From Octopus bimaculoides (lineage: Eukaryota): a stretch of DNA of 64,000 nt. The translations under genes were made by a program, and so were the position numbers. The stretch spans positions 25,125,402 through 25,189,401 of the forward strand of contig NC_068992.1 of assembly GCF_001194135.2 (NCBI RefSeq), written 5' to 3'. Under the pieces are notes generated by a model, which ran no database searches, was not told the origin of the DNA, and was given only the letters and a program-made list of their open reading frames with translations. Shown in pieces: positions 49,114-62,902 of the stretch. The stretch's first letter is position 1, and every line of letters begins with the position of its first letter.

Positions 49114-49326
49114 GAATGGCGAAGTCATAGGATAGCGAAGTCATAGGATGGCGAAGTCATTGGATGGGGAAGTTATAGGATGGCGAAGTCATAGGATGGC
49201 CATAGGATGGCGAAGTCATAGGATGGCCATAGGATGGCGAAGTCATAGGATGGCCATAGAATGATGAAGTCATAGGAACTAAAAGGCTATTCGGCCTGTT
49301 AGTTCCTATGACTTCGCCATTCTATA
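49114..49326. repeat. 16-bp tandem array (GATGGCGAAGTCATAG) ending in a 68-bp hairpin
   Basis: About 8 full or partial units, then 49257-49287 pairs with 49294-49324 (3 mismatches). Confidence 0.9.
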
Positions 49327-49347
49327 TGTAGGTATACACACGCATAT

Positions 49348-49378
<31 letters not shown>

Positions 49379-50001
49379 TATATTTTTGTGTACGTATATC
49401 TTATATGTGTGTTAATATTGAGTCAACATCACTGATATAACTATTATATAAGTTTATGAAACAATTGTTAAATATGGGAAATACACTTACTCCCTCGCAT
49501 CACTTCACTTATCTGTTCTATTTATAAAAACACGCACACATACATGAATACATACATACATACATACATACACGCATGCATGCATGCATGCACACATACA
49601 AACATACATACATACATACATACATACATACATACATACATTATACATACATAATAAGCTTTTATCAGTTAAATTCAAATGACGTGTAGACGCCTCGCCG
49701 GCAGATAATATCTTGATCTAATCCGTTTTGTTTTTGTTGTTTAAATGTAATTTGGCGATGGATGCGTGACGACCTGTAAAGTCGTATCCGTGCAGATGCA
49801 AGGATAATGATACATAGAAGTTGATTCGAAGACTACATGTCCAATCCATCACTGGAACTGTAAATATCTGTAAAACGTTGCAGAGTTTTATCATTTAAGT
49901 ATATATTAGAATGTCTAGTTATATAATTATATGCATGAGAATAAATACATACAACAAAACATGCCAATCTTCACATGAACATACATACATACATACATAC
50001 A

Positions 50002-50368
50002 TTGTTGGCACTCCGTCGCTTACGACGTCGAGGGTTCCAGTTGATCCAATCAACGGAACAGCCTGCTCGTGAAATTAACGTGCAAGTGGCTGAGCACTCC
50101 ACAGACACGTGTACCCTTAACGTAGTTCTCGGGGATATTCAGCGTGACACAGAGTGACAAGGCTCACCCTTTGAATTACATGCACAACAGAAACAGGAAG
50201 TAAGAGTGAGAGAAAGTTGTGGTGAAAGAGTACAGCAGGGTTCGCCCCCCCCCCCTGCCGGAGCTTTAGGTGTTNNNNNNNNNNCTCGCAACACCCGGTC
50301 TGGGAATTGAAACCGTGATCCTATGATCGTGAGTCCACTGCCCTAACCACTGGGCCATTGCGCCTCCA
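50002..50368 (-). mobile_element. SINE family E
   Basis: Reverse complement of 22914-23337, with a 10-N gap. Confidence 0.9.
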
Positions 50369-50556
50369 CACACACATACATACATACATACATACATACA
50401 TACATACATACATACATACATACATAAAATACATACAAAAATACCAGTTGATGTTGTTGAAATTCCAATGAAGGAGCTTCGGATCTAGTTTAGAAATTGG
50501 CTCTTTCTCTTTTAGCAAGAAACCTTGAAATAAATCTGAATAATGATATACGAGAA

Positions 50557-50875
50557 GGCACGTGGCTTAGTGGTTAGGGTATTCGGCTCATGATTACAAG
50601 GTCGTAAGTTCAATTCCCAGAGACTCGTTGTGTCCTTGAGCAAGACACTTTATTTCACGTTGTTCATTGCTTTTAGCTAGCAAAAATGAATTGTACCTGT
50701 ATTTCTAAAATCCAGCCTCGTCACACTCTGTGTCACGCTGAATCTCACTGAGAACTACGTTAAGGGTACAGTGTCTGTGGAGTACTCAGCCATATGAACG
50801 TTAATTTCATGAGTAGGTTGTTCCGTTGGTCAGATCAACTGGAACATTCGTCGTCGTAGCCGAAGGTGTGCCAAT
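50557..50875 (+). mobile_element. SINE with a different tRNA head and the family E 3' half
   Basis: Head GTGGCTTAGTGGTTAGGGTATTCGGCTCATGAT..AGTTCAATTCC..GTGTCCTTGAGCAAGACACTT, then TGTGTCACGCTGAATCTC..GAGAACTACGTTAAGGGTACA..GATCAACTGGAAC. Confidence 0.85.
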
Positions 50876-51414
50876 GACATACAGACAGACAGACATACAT
50901 ACTTACATATGTCCGAGAGACCAATAAAATTAGTGCCAGATATTCAAAGAAAAACAAGTACCAGCATCGATTCGTTCGATTAAACTATTCAATGCGGTGC
51001 CCCAACATTGTCGTATCCCAGTGACTGTAACCAGTGAAAGGTAAAAGATACGTGAGTTTGTATTCATTGTATTTTGCCTCGCTGTAAAATTAGAACACGG
51101 GTTTAAACCAAAAGATCGTTTACTTCCAGCTTCGAATGTGATGCAAATCGACTATTTTTAGCTTCTGTAAAGTTGAGCAATATTTATTTACTTCTTCCTT
51201 CCAAGCTGTCGGAAAGCTAATTATTAAAACACGAAGAAAAACAGTGAATGTGAAAAGTTGTTTAAATAATTATATGAAGTTATTTGCCTCGAGATTAATT
51301 AGATGAGTACAAATATATCATAGGTTATGAATGCATATGCATTTAGTCTTCTTGTGAAACTTTCTCCATACTTGTCTGGTGTTTAATTCTTTACTTCAGA
51401 TTAATTCTTTAAAT

Positions 51415-51848
51415 TATAGCTACAATGCCTGAAATTTTGAGTGAAAGAGTAGTCAATTACATCGACGCAGTACTTAACTGGTACCTATTTTATCGACTCC
51501 GAAACCAAGAAAGGGAAATTCGATCTCAGTGAAATTTGAACTTAGAATATAAACCATGAATTAGTGCCGCTGGGCTTTTGTGTCTTGCATGATAATGAAA
51601 CTCTCAGCTTATAATCTTAATAATAATCACTTCTGTTAAACGTGAGAGGTTTGATATTTTGGGGGTGGGGTGGGAACTAGTCGATTACATCGACCTCAGT
51701 ATGCAGCTGGTACTTAGTTCAACGAACTTGATAGATTGAAAGGCAACGTCGACCTTAGCGGAATTTGAACACAGAAAGCAAAACCAGAAGGATTTCGTTG
51801 CTAAGCATTTCGTCCGGTGAGCTAACGAGTTTGCTAGCTTCCCGCCTT
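51415..51848 (-). mobile_element. Two degenerate tandem SINE family M copies
   Basis: Cores at about 51480 and 51700. Confidence 0.7.
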
Positions 51849-52389
51849 TCTACTTCAGATTAATTACAATCACATCGAAAAATGGCAGAATTCGAAAACA
51901 GAAAGTAAATGGATATAACTACATTTCATAATTAACACGTTACAGGTTGTAGTTAAATTAACTCCTGATTTTGTAAGAAGAGAACAGAACGAAGATATCA
52001 TATATAATTAACAAGAAATGAAGATCTATTTTCTGATCAAAAACCAATTGAATTCGATTCCAAGCTGTAAACGTGAAACGGTCGTTTCAATGACAATCGG
52101 AATTATAAAGGTTAAATGTATAAATGCGGTAGTTTGACACTCTAATACTCTTTTCACAAATGAAACCTTATATGTTTGCTGCTGTTGCTGCTGTTTAAGC
52201 AATTATTGATGGCAGTGTTAGTTTTATTGTTAAATAAAAAAGAGAAGTGGAAAAAACAAAACCAACCAATATAATCATGCATTAACTTTAATTAAAACTA
52301 TAACAATCATATTTTAGAATTAATTTTCGTTGCTGCCACAAGTACAAGCACTGCTATTCCTGTCATATCATGCTATGTTAATGAATACT

Positions 52390-52765
52390 GGCTTCAAGAT
52401 TTCGCACACAGGACCGGAAATTTCGAGTAAGAGAATAAGTCGATTAGATGCACCCCCAATGCTCAACTGGTACTTATTTTATCGATTCCCCAAGAGAATG
52501 AAAAGCAAAAGTGACTGTGGCAGTATTTGAACTTGAATAATATAAAGCCGGTTGAAGGTGGTGATCCAGCAGAAACGTTAGCACGACATCCGAAACGCTT
52601 AGCCGTATTTCGTCTGTCTTTACGTTCTGAGTTCAAATTCCACCGCGGTCCACTTTGCATTCCATCCTTTCGGGGCCGATAAATTAAGTACCAGCTGCGT
52701 TCTGGGGTTGATCTAATCGACTGGCCCCCTCTCCCAAAATTTTGGGCCTAGAGTAGAAAAGAGTA
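52390..52765. mobile_element. Head-to-head SINE family M pair (52390-52535 -, 52553-52765 +)
   Basis: Opposite-orientation cores about 200 bp apart. Confidence 0.8.
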
Positions 52766-53239
52766 GAAGAGCAGGTAGAGATGCAGTTAAGTATTATTTA
52801 ATCCGGCCTGATAATGTTCGTGTCAGTTTGCTACCTTTTGTGTGCGTTAAGGGAGTATCTATTCTAGCGCGTGTAAGTGCAAGTGTCAAATACTCTCCTG
52901 TACACAATAGGGTGATGAGTGATGACAATTATTATGAGTAGATTGTTATTTAGATAACAATGCTAAATACACCCCTCTCACCTCGTATTCTGTGTCCACC
53001 TACGATTTACGGAGCTGATAACATTAGCGCCAGGGAAAAGGGATGTCTAATTTAATTCACTTATTTCTACCTAACAAATTATTTTCGACTTTGTTGAGAA
53101 TCATACATACATACGTACATACATATAAGCATACAAACATACATACTTACATATATCTACGTATATATTCATATGTATATATATATGTGTATGTGTATGT
53201 GCGTACGTGTATGTACGTGCGCAGGTTTTTATTTGTCCC

Positions 53240-53410
53240 TGCCATCTGTTGATAGCTGGTGTCGGTTTGTTTATATCCCTGTAACATAGCAGTTCGGCAT
53301 AAGTAACCGATAGAATAAGTATCAGGTTTAAAACATAAGTACTGCAGTCTATTAAAAATTCTTCAAGTCGATGACCCTAGCATGGCTGCAATCTAATGAC
53401 TGAAACAAAC
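53240..53410 (+). mobile_element. SINE family A body and tail
   Basis: TTTGTCCCTGCCATC..CCTGTAACATAGCAGTTCGGC..CCGATAGAATAAGTA..CCTAGCATGGCTGCAATCTAATGACTGAAACAA. Confidence 0.7.
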
Positions 53411-54032
53411 ATATCTTATATATATATATATATATATATATNNNNNNNNNNNNNNNNNNNNNNNNNNNNNNNNNNNNNNNNNNNNNNNNNNNNNNNNNNN
53501 NNNNNNNNNNNNNNNNNNNNNNNNNNNNNNNNNNNNNNNNNNNNNNNNNNNNNNNNNNNNNNNNNNNNNNNNNNNNNNNNNNNNNNNNNNNNNNNNNNNN
53601 NNNNNNNNNNNNNNNNNNNNNNNNNNNNNNNNNNNNNNNNNNNNNNNNNNNNNNNNNNNNNNNNNNNNNNNNNNNNNNNNNNNNNNNNNNNNNNNNNNNN
53701 NNNNNNNNNNNNNNNNNNNNNNNNNNNNNNNNNNNNNNNNNNNNNNNNNNNNNNNNNNNNNNNNNNNNNNNNNNNNNNNNNNNNNNNNNNNNNNNNNNNN
53801 NNNNNNNNNNNNNNNNNNNNNNNNNNNNNNNNNNNNNNNNNNNNNNNNNNNNNNNNNNNNNNNNNNNNNNNNNNNNNNNNNNNNNNNNNNNNNNNNNNNN
53901 NNNNNNNNNNNNNNNNNNNNNNNNNNNNNNNNNNNNNNNNNNNNNNNNNNNNNNNNNNNNNNNNNNNNNNNNNNNNNNNNNNNNNNNNNNNNNNNNNNNN
54001 NNNNNNNNNNNNNNNNNNNNNNNNNNNNNNNN

Positions 54033-54069
<37 letters not shown>

Positions 54070-54325
54070 TATACACACACATATTACATCCACACACAAA
54101 TTCACACATACGCACACACACACACATGCATATGTTTATATTAGGTGGGAAAGAACGTCTTTTGCCTTGTTGACATGATCTCGCTGTGAGTAATTATTCA
54201 ATAATTACCGTAAAAGAATCATTGATTTTTACAGGATGTCTCTATTTCTTAGTAGATTGCTATATGCCGTGATGTTTACATTCCTATCGATTTTACCTAG
54301 TTAAAATAATTTATAATAGACCTAT

Positions 54326-54416
54326 ATCAGATATTGCCTGCTGTATAAATTCAAAAGGGATTCTCCAGTAATAAATACGGCATGAAATATTCGTTCCGTC
54401 TTTGGAAACGAAGCTT
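54326..54416 (+). pseudogene. Mariner transposase N-terminal remnant
   Basis: RYCLLYKFKRDSPVINTA*NIRSVFGNEA resembles the mariner N-terminal HTH pattern R.C.LY.F..G....A.NI..V.G. Confidence 0.45.
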
Positions 54417-54529
54417 CTTTGGCCTTTATTTCTTCTTAAGTCATATACGTAATCAAGATAATATTTCCCCGCACTATTGATAACATAATCCAGTGCATTG
54501 ATGAAACTACAACGAAACTCTTCCCGATT

Positions 54530-55390
54530 GATCACGTGTTCTCCAGCTGCTGTATCCGACCTGCTCGTGATATAGTCTAACCATTGCGTTTTTTGATCGC
54601 ATCTAGATCTACTACCCTCTACTCTTCCATAGGCGATAATGTTTACCAGATATTTGCTTCTTCAAATATGGCCATAATATACGATCTTTTTCATTTTTCA
54701 CATATTCAGGAGTTGTTGTTTTTCACCTATTGTTTTAACGCCCATTCATTTGTCCACTGTTCCTTGTAAGACACTCGTAACATTCTCGTATATCCCTAAA
54801 TTTCAATCACATCATTTTCTCTTCAAATTTGATCGGCCTCCGTACTTTGGAACTATAAATGCCTCTCAACCAAAGTAACGCTCGCATCAGCCTTATTTTT
54901 ATCCCAGGACACCTTTTCTGCTACGATTGTTATTAAGCTTTTCTATGAATTTCTAAACATAGTTAAACCGTGTCCTAATTTCTTAAATGTGGCTTCATCA
55001 GAGATTTGGACTTCAGGATACATGTACAAGTCATCCTGTTTTAGCCTCTCACTGCCCAATTTTACTTGCCCTTTTCCAATATTAGGAAGGCTTGTTTTGG
55101 TAGAGCCTCATTTGTCACAGACCACACGCTGGTGTTGAGCTTCCCATTTGGCTTTTGACCACTTTTACAAACATTTGTCAAGATCCAGCATCGCCCAGCT
55201 ACTCTTGTTTCTAATTTTCTTCACAATATGGTGCATAGTTTTGAAACGTAATCACTGGAGGAGATTTTATCAGATTTCTAACAATAACTTCTTTCATAGA
55301 TAAAAGTACCGAACATCATTATTTCCCAGTGAAAATTAGTATTATTCGGTTAGCATACCTTATTCTCGCTACCCGAAGGCAATGCCGTCG
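54530..55390 (-). pseudogene. Decayed RTE-clade LINE ORF2 (RT domains 5-7 to C-terminus)
   Basis: GIAFG.RE.GM (cf. G..I.G..I.NLRYADD), LGSERLKQDDLYMYP, KIRLMRALLW, RMLRVSYKEQWTNEWAL, GRVEGSRSRCDQKTQWLDYI, NREEFR. Confidence 0.75.
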
Positions 55391-55394
55391 TTAA

Positions 55395-55590
55395 TACTTG
55401 CTGGTCACGCTGTTTTTCACGATTTTACTAGCTCTACTCTGGTATTTCTTTCAATCCACGATTCACTCTATACGCTTTATTTTCTTCGCGAATTTCTGGC
55501 CTCCCTTCTAGTGTTTCTTGCTGACAGCAATTTGCTTCTCGTAATCTATTTTCTTCAAGTCTTTGTTTTCTTTATTCCGAGTTATCTAAC
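55395..55590 (-). pseudogene. Possible Helitron N-terminal R/E-rich repeat remnant
   Basis: QRLEENRLREANCCQQETLEGRPEIREEN resembles the RL...R....ET..Q repeats upstream of Helitron Rep domains; short and low-complexity. Confidence 0.3.
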
Positions 55591-55903
55591 TAGCGGCGTT
55601 TAGGCAGCATCTTGATTAAAAGTTTGTTTTTATCAAATTATCATTTCACTAACCGCCATGTTGATGAGAAGTCTAAAAAGTACACAGAATAATTGTCACA
55701 GTGGAATCAGTTGATTTTCGAATATATTTAGCTACGAAATTTACATTTCATGATTACTTGACACGTGTGATAATTAAATAGCGCCTACTAGCGTGTGTGT
55801 GTCTGTGTATTTGTGTGCGAGTGAGTGGGTGTGTGCGTCTGTGTGCGCACTTGTGTTCGAGTGTGTATGGATGCACACGCACACACAAAGACATACACAC
55901 ACG

Positions 55904-55959
<56 letters not shown>

Positions 55960-56009
55960 CATACGTATATATATATATGTTTATATACACAAAATCTATG
56001 TATTATACA

Positions 56010-56044
<35 letters not shown>

Positions 56045-56254
56045 GTGTGCGTGTGTGTGTATACAGAGATAGATTGATTGAAATACATTCAAAAATACAC
56101 ATTCATATGTTTTTGTGTTAATTCCCTGTGTGTATGCGCGTCTATATCTATTTGTATAAACCACTTAAATCTACAGAGTTTACTGACAACACCTTTGAAG
56201 TGTTTATATGTATATAAACAAACAATAATAAACATGACTCACCACTGAGCAACA

Positions 56255-56306
<52 letters not shown>

Positions 56307-56504
56307 CATGCGTACATTCATATATACATATACATGTATATACACACACACACACAGATACACACAAACACAGATGCACACACACACACATATGTCTAGT
56401 CTGAAGATTAATACAAACAATTACGAAATTAAACAATCCAGTGTTGATCATACATTTTCCTACGTGAATTACCGTAGAATGTTTGCTGTTTTTAGTTGTG
56501 AGTG

Positions 56505-56788
56505 AGCCATCAGACTGCGGCCATGCTGGGGCACCGCCTTGAGGAATTTTTGGTCGAATAAATCAACCTCAGTACTTGTCTTATTTTGTTTTATTCTATT
56601 CGACACATTTTTCCAAAACTTTATGTGATAGGGAAGCAAACAACATATCCCCCCCACCGGTTTTCAAACTGTTGTGGGGGAATAATACAGATGCAAACAC
56701 TCTCATATAGACACATGCGTGCACACGCACTCACACACACAATACATATATATATACAAATATATATGTGTGTGTGTGCATGTGTATG

Positions 56789-56830
<42 letters not shown>

Positions 56831-56858
56831 TGCATGCATGTATACATACATATATACA

Positions 56859-56901
<43 letters not shown>

Positions 56902-57110
56902 TTCTTTGTGTCTGTTCCTCAGGACTGCTTGACCGTTGGTTTGCTTTTAAATTCCCGTAATTTATTGGTTCGGTATAAATGACCAATTGAATATGTACCA
57001 AACTTTAACATGAAGTATTATGATCAACTTGGCCGTCTAAATCTTTTAAGAAGGTGCCCCAGCATGACTGCAGACTATTAATTGAAACAAGTAAAGGATA
57101 AAAGATAAAA
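56505..57110. mobile_element. SINE family A fragments (56505-56600 -, 56925-57110 +)
   Basis: GACTGCGGCCATGCTGGGGCACCGCC and GCTTGACCGTTGG..AAGGTGCCCCAGCATGACTGCAG..GAAACAAGTAAA. Confidence 0.65.
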
Positions 57111-57585
57111 GAAAATATCATTTATTCTGAGGATGTTAGTTTAAAAGAAATGTTTGATGCTGTTTTGACTTTTGGCACCCAATCAAATTTCAATGATGTT
57201 GCCATGGTAACATTGCCAGACAGAACTACGTTTTTATATTGGACATATAGAACATAGTTTCACAATGTAAGGTACATAGACGGCTTTTACTCCTTGACTA
57301 ACACGAGGACCTGAAGCACTACTTCACTGTCACAATATATTTGGAGCATTAAAAACAGAGTGATCGTGAATTTTAAAATCAACAGGTCGATATCCGCAAT
57401 TGGTTAAACTATATCTAAGCTATTATAATTATGCAAATTATGCATTATATCCAGTTTTACTGCCGAATGGTTCCAATTAGTCAACCAAATTCTTCACATT
57501 ACAAGAAATTTGTGCTTCAATACTTTTATCTTAACTATATTTGGGTCTTAAAATTTCTTAAATTTAAAATCTGCGGAAGACCAGG

Positions 57586-57619
<34 letters not shown>

Positions 57620-58454
57620 NNNNNNNNNNNNNNNNNNNNNNNNNNNNNNNNNNNNNNNNNNNNNNNNNNNNNNNNNNNNNNNNNNNNNNNNNNNNNNNNN
57701 NNNNNNNNNNNNNNNNNNNNNNNNNNNNNNNNNNNNNNNNNNNNNNNNNNNNNNNNNNNNNNNNNNNNNNNNNNNNNNNNNNNNNNNNNNNNNNNNNNNN
57801 NNNNNNNNNNNNNNNNNNNNNNNNNNNNNNNNNNNNNNNNNNNNNNNNNNNNNNNNNNNNNNNNNNNNNNNNNNNNNNNNNNNNNNNNNNNNNNNNNNNN
57901 NNNNNNNNNNNNNNNNNNNNNNNNNNNNNNNNNNNNNNNNNNNNNNNNNNNNNNNNNNNNNNNNNNNNNNNNNNNNNNNNNNNNNNNNNNNNNNNNNNNN
58001 NNNNNNNNNNNNNNNNNNNNNNNNNNNNNNNNNNNNNNNNNNNNNNNNNNNNNNNNNNNNNNNNNNNNNNNNNNNNNNNNNNNNNNNNNNNNNNNNNNNN
58101 NNNNNNNNNNNNNNNNNNNNNNNNNNNNNNNNNNNNNNNNNNNNNNNNNNNNNNNNNNNNNNNNNNNNNNNNNNNNNNNNNNNNNNNNNNNNNNNNNNNN
58201 NNNNNNNNNNNNNNNNNNNNNNNNNNNNNNNNNNNNNNNNNNNNNNNNNNNNNNNNNNNNNNNNNNNNATTAATACATTGATAATCCTTTACCCTTTTAA
58301 TTTGTAATAATATATATATACACATATATGTAGAAAGAGAGAGAGAGAGTAAGAGAGAGAGAGTAAGAGAGAGAGTAAGAGAGAGAGTAAGAGAGAGAGA
58401 GAGCAAAGTGTACGCACGTGCTATATTTTTTATATATAAAATAATAAAAAATGT

Positions 58455-58700
58455 GACAAGAACGCAAAACATCCAGATTGACGATACAGTCGAGTTCCAG
58501 ATTATCTTTGCAATTTCGGTTGGTTATTCTCGATATTGCTCCAATCGGGCCAGCCCCAAGGAAAAACTAAGCCAAGAGCACCAGATTTCTTGGAAGAAAG
58601 CATGAAATGCATACGAAAACAAGGACGAAAAAAAAAACGGAGAATGTTACACAAATACAATAACAATAATAAAACAGGACATAACAACAGATGTCTTTTC
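58455..58700. repeat. Unclassified interspersed repeat (family C), copy 2
   Basis: Aligns to 47430-47760 with an internal deletion. Confidence 0.75.
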
Positions 58701-59194
58701 CCGTTCGTCGGATAGTTGTGTTCAGAATTCTAAACAAATGTGTCCGACGAACGGAAACGGGAAATCTGAGTAACAGTTTTTGTGGTATTTTTGATGCTTT
58801 TTGATGAAGCATATTACTCTATCTCTGGTATTCGAGTTCTATTTTTTCCCACCATGTTTCGCATTTATGTACTTACTCTGGTATACCGTCTAACTTATTC
58901 TCTTATGAGGTATTTAACCCGGAGAGAAAGCAGTAAGAACGTATCCAAGGTACCATTCAATTGGGACGTTATCAAAGTGAACTTCTTAATAACAGCGCCA
59001 CAGCTCCGCCTGTATGCGTCACTATCCATGGCCCTTTGCATTCCCAAGGTGTCAGTTCGTTGCGCATATGTATGTTCCTATGAGAGAATTTGCGTTTGTC
59101 TGTCTTTATCGACAGCCCGTTTACATACATATATACTCACAGGACTATAATTGCCCAAAAGTACCAGTCGGGAATCCCCAATATATATATAAAT

Positions 59195-59225
<31 letters not shown>

Positions 59226-59387
59226 CATTTATATATATGCATGTATGAATATATATATAAGTATATATAGATATATGTATACATATATATATATGTATAT
59301 AATAATATAAATAATATGTGAGTATATGCATATATATGTACATGTATGTACATACCTACATCTACATGTATATATAGGTGCATATCT

Positions 59388-59580
59388 GGGTACAGGACGT
59401 CCCCAAAAAACATGGACAAAATGAAAAACAGAACATAAACAGAGTACAGCAAACACACAGGCCACATAGAGAACATTTCCTTCATCAGCTGCCATCATTC
59501 TAAAACTAAGCGTTTCGAAGAGTTAGGGCAGGACGCATTGTTAGAATGGCTCTTCCCGCGGAAACAATTTAAATTTGTAA
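59388..59580. repeat. Unclassified interspersed repeat (family D), copy 2
   Basis: See 1040-1282. Confidence 0.55.
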
Positions 59581-60274
59581 TGCGGAGGAAAATCGTGGCG
59601 AACAGAAAACATGACAGGAAAACGAAACCGTGAAAATAAACCAGAAGAGCTAGTAGGGCCAGACGTGGAAAGTTATATATGTATACTGAACGCTGTGGTG
59701 AGACGAACTGAAAGGGAGATAGAAGAAGTTGGTGCTGGCTTGGCAGTAGCCAAGATAAGAAAGGAGGCAGTAGCCGGACACATGTGACCAGGGAGGGGTA
59801 AGGAGAAAGAGTGGTAGAGAGAGAAAAAAAGGGGAGGAAGTAGAATATAGGTGAGCAACGAAAAGCAGGGAGGAAAAGAAAGAGATATAGTAGTGAAGGG
59901 GAAAGGATGTATATGTATGTATACATATGTATGCACATACACACACGAGCACACACATACAAAGAGAGCTAGAGAGAGACATGCAGGCAGGCAGAAAACC
60001 AGCAGACGCACACTTACGGTAAAAGAAGCATATCTCAATAACATACTACACGTTTGAAAAGCGTCTCTTATCTTTGGTAACTCAGCGATTATAACGCATT
60101 CACTCGCTCATTTGCTTATTCTCTCTTTCACGCACTCACACATTCGCTCTCTCGTTCATTCTCTAACACGTTATCTCCTTCCCTTTCAATCTTTCGTCTC
60201 CGACGTTCGGATGAAAGCGATCTGATAAGTGTGCACACTGCCACATTTCATCTCAGAATATGGCGTAAAACACA

Positions 60275-60319
<45 letters not shown>

Positions 60320-61257
60320 NNNNNNNNNNNNNNNNNNNNNNNNNNNNNNNNNNNNNNNNNNNNNNNNNNNNNNNNNNNNNNNNNNNNNNNNNNNNNNNNN
60401 NNNNNNNNNNNNNNNNNNNNNNNNNNNNNNNNNNNNNNNNNNNNNNNNNNNNNNNNNNNNNNNNNNNNNNNNNNNNNNNNNNNNNNNNNNNNNNNNNNNN
60501 NNNNNNNNNNNNNNNNNNNNNNNNNNNNNNNNNNNNNNNNNNNNNNNNNNNNNNNNNNNNNNNNNNNNNNNNNNNNNNNNNNNNNNNNNNNNNNNNNNNN
60601 NNNNNNNNNNNNNNNNNNNNNNNNNNNNNNNNNNNNNNNNNNNNNNNNNNNNNNNNNNNNNNNNNNNNNNNNNNNNNNNNNNNNNNNNNNNNNNNNNNNN
60701 NNNNNNNNNNNNNNNNNNNNNNNNNNNNNNNNNNNNNNNNNNNNNNNNNNNNNNNNNNNNNNNNNNNNNNNNNNNNNNNNNNNNNNNNNNNNNNNNNNNN
60801 NNNNNNNNNNNNNTATATATATATATATATATGTACGTACTCATATTCAAAAGCGCACACTCTTCTTCTCACATATACACGAAGACAAACACAGAAAAAA
60901 TATCTAAAATTGGATACCGACGCAGAAAACTCAGCCAGAGATCGTTTCAAAATAGTATTTAATCGTTGTGTTAATTGAATTACGTGGAATTTTGTTACTG
61001 TTGGATTTTGCTGTCCATGGTGTTGTTGCAGTTGCTGTTAGTATTGTTGTTGCTGTTGTTGTTGCTGCTTGTGTTGTTGTTGTTATTCTTGTTATTGTTT
61101 TTTCTGTATACGTTTCTTTGTTTAACCTTCAGAGGTATAATCATCCTACGCTACAATATAGTCGTTAGATTAAACTACAGCAACATGAGACAAAGAAACA
61201 AAAGCAACAGCGGCAGTAGTAACAACAACAACAACAATAATAATAAAAATAGTTTCA

Positions 61258-61465
61258 AATTTTTCCACAAGGGCAGCAGTTTGAGGGGAGGGGATGAGTC
61301 GATTACATCGACCCCCAGTGTTCAACTGTTACTTATTTTATCGACCCCGAAAGGATAAAAGGTACAGTTGACCTTGGCGCAATTTGAACTCAGAACGTAG
61401 CGACAGGCGAAATACCTCCAAGCATGTCATCCGGTGCGCTAACTATTCTGCCAGCTCGTTGCCTT
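61258..61465 (-). mobile_element. SINE family M
   Basis: AGTCGATTACATCGACCCCCAG..TACTTATTTTATCGACCCCGAAAGG..TTTGAACTCAGAACG..TTCTGCCAGCTCG. Confidence 0.85.
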
Positions 61466-61475
61466 ATAATAATAT

Positions 61476-61715
<240 letters not shown>

Positions 61716-62466
61716 GTGAAACTTCAGCTGCAAATAAATAATTAAAGTCTCAGAGCAGGAGAAAAAAACCCCAAAAAGACACAAAAGAAATCATAACATA
61801 ATATAAACAAAACAGTCAATAATAAATCATATGTTCTACTATTATTGTTTTCTGTTTTTGACAATAAAAGGAACCGTAATACTACTAACAAGAACAACAA
61901 CAAGAACAACAACTGTAACAATAAGAAAAATGACAGCAACAACAATGATAATGATAAAGATACTAATAGGCTCGAAATAATAATTGACGTAATGAAGCAT
62001 TATCGTTACATCTGTCTGAAATTGTATACAGATGGTTGGTGACACAGAGTTGATATTGAATATGTAACAAATGACTTTTGAAATTATTGATTTGGTGAAA
62101 AAGAAAGAAATATTTACGATACATCAACGCGCCGAAACTATAATATTATTCAGCAGTATCAGCGGGAAGTGATGTTTAGGCATAAGCGAACTTTATGTTA
62201 GTTAACATATGTTTGTGTCAGATTTCAAATCGGAAAGGCAAATTCTCTTACAGTTTACGTGCAAAAATAATAAGAATCTCTCGTATGGTAAACAGCGTAA
62301 TAACAACATACCTGCCCAGTGTAGACCCCTGTTGGATTTCCAGACACAGCTTTTCTAGCTTTTCAATGGAAGATACCGAAAAGAGGTAAAACTGATTTAA
62401 AATTGTAGCTTTATAACTAAACTACTTTGTTTTCTTATTTAAATCAAGACTCTTATTTAAAACAAG

Positions 62467-62830
62467 AGTCTGCACCATGCCACAGAAGTAGGAGAATTCA
62501 GTAATGGCTGTGAGACAATTTCTGCGACCACATCAACTCAGACATCTGGCTACCTAACGCCCCAGACGGCAACTCACTTGAGTAATATGTGTGGAGCGCA
62601 ATTGAGTGAGAGACCAACAAATCACTTTGTAACTCCAAAGATGAACTGTAGGCAAGGATTATGGCAGCATTCACCAACTTAATGAAAGAGACCGTCCAAA
62701 AGAGTCGCGAAAGATTCCGAAGGCGTCTGGAGTCCGTGGTCTGGAGCCAATGGCGATTTTATTGAAAAAAATTACTGTTTAGTATTTCAAGATATTTTTA
62801 TGTAAGTTTGGTAAAAATATCTGTTAAAAT
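62467..62830 (+). pseudogene. Decayed mariner/maT-type transposase C-terminus, second copy
   Basis: SAPCHRSRRIQ*WL*DNFCDHINSDIWLPNAPDGNSLE*YVWSAIE*ETNK..ARIMAAFTNL..RFRRRLESVV..ANGDFIE; shares GCCAATGGCGATTTTATTGAAA with the reverse complement of 1757-1778. Confidence 0.85.
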
Positions 62831-62902
62831 GAGATGTTAGTGTTATTTTCTTTTTGCCTAATTTACACGACAGCTTATTCCCCGCACCCTGTATATATAT
62901 AT

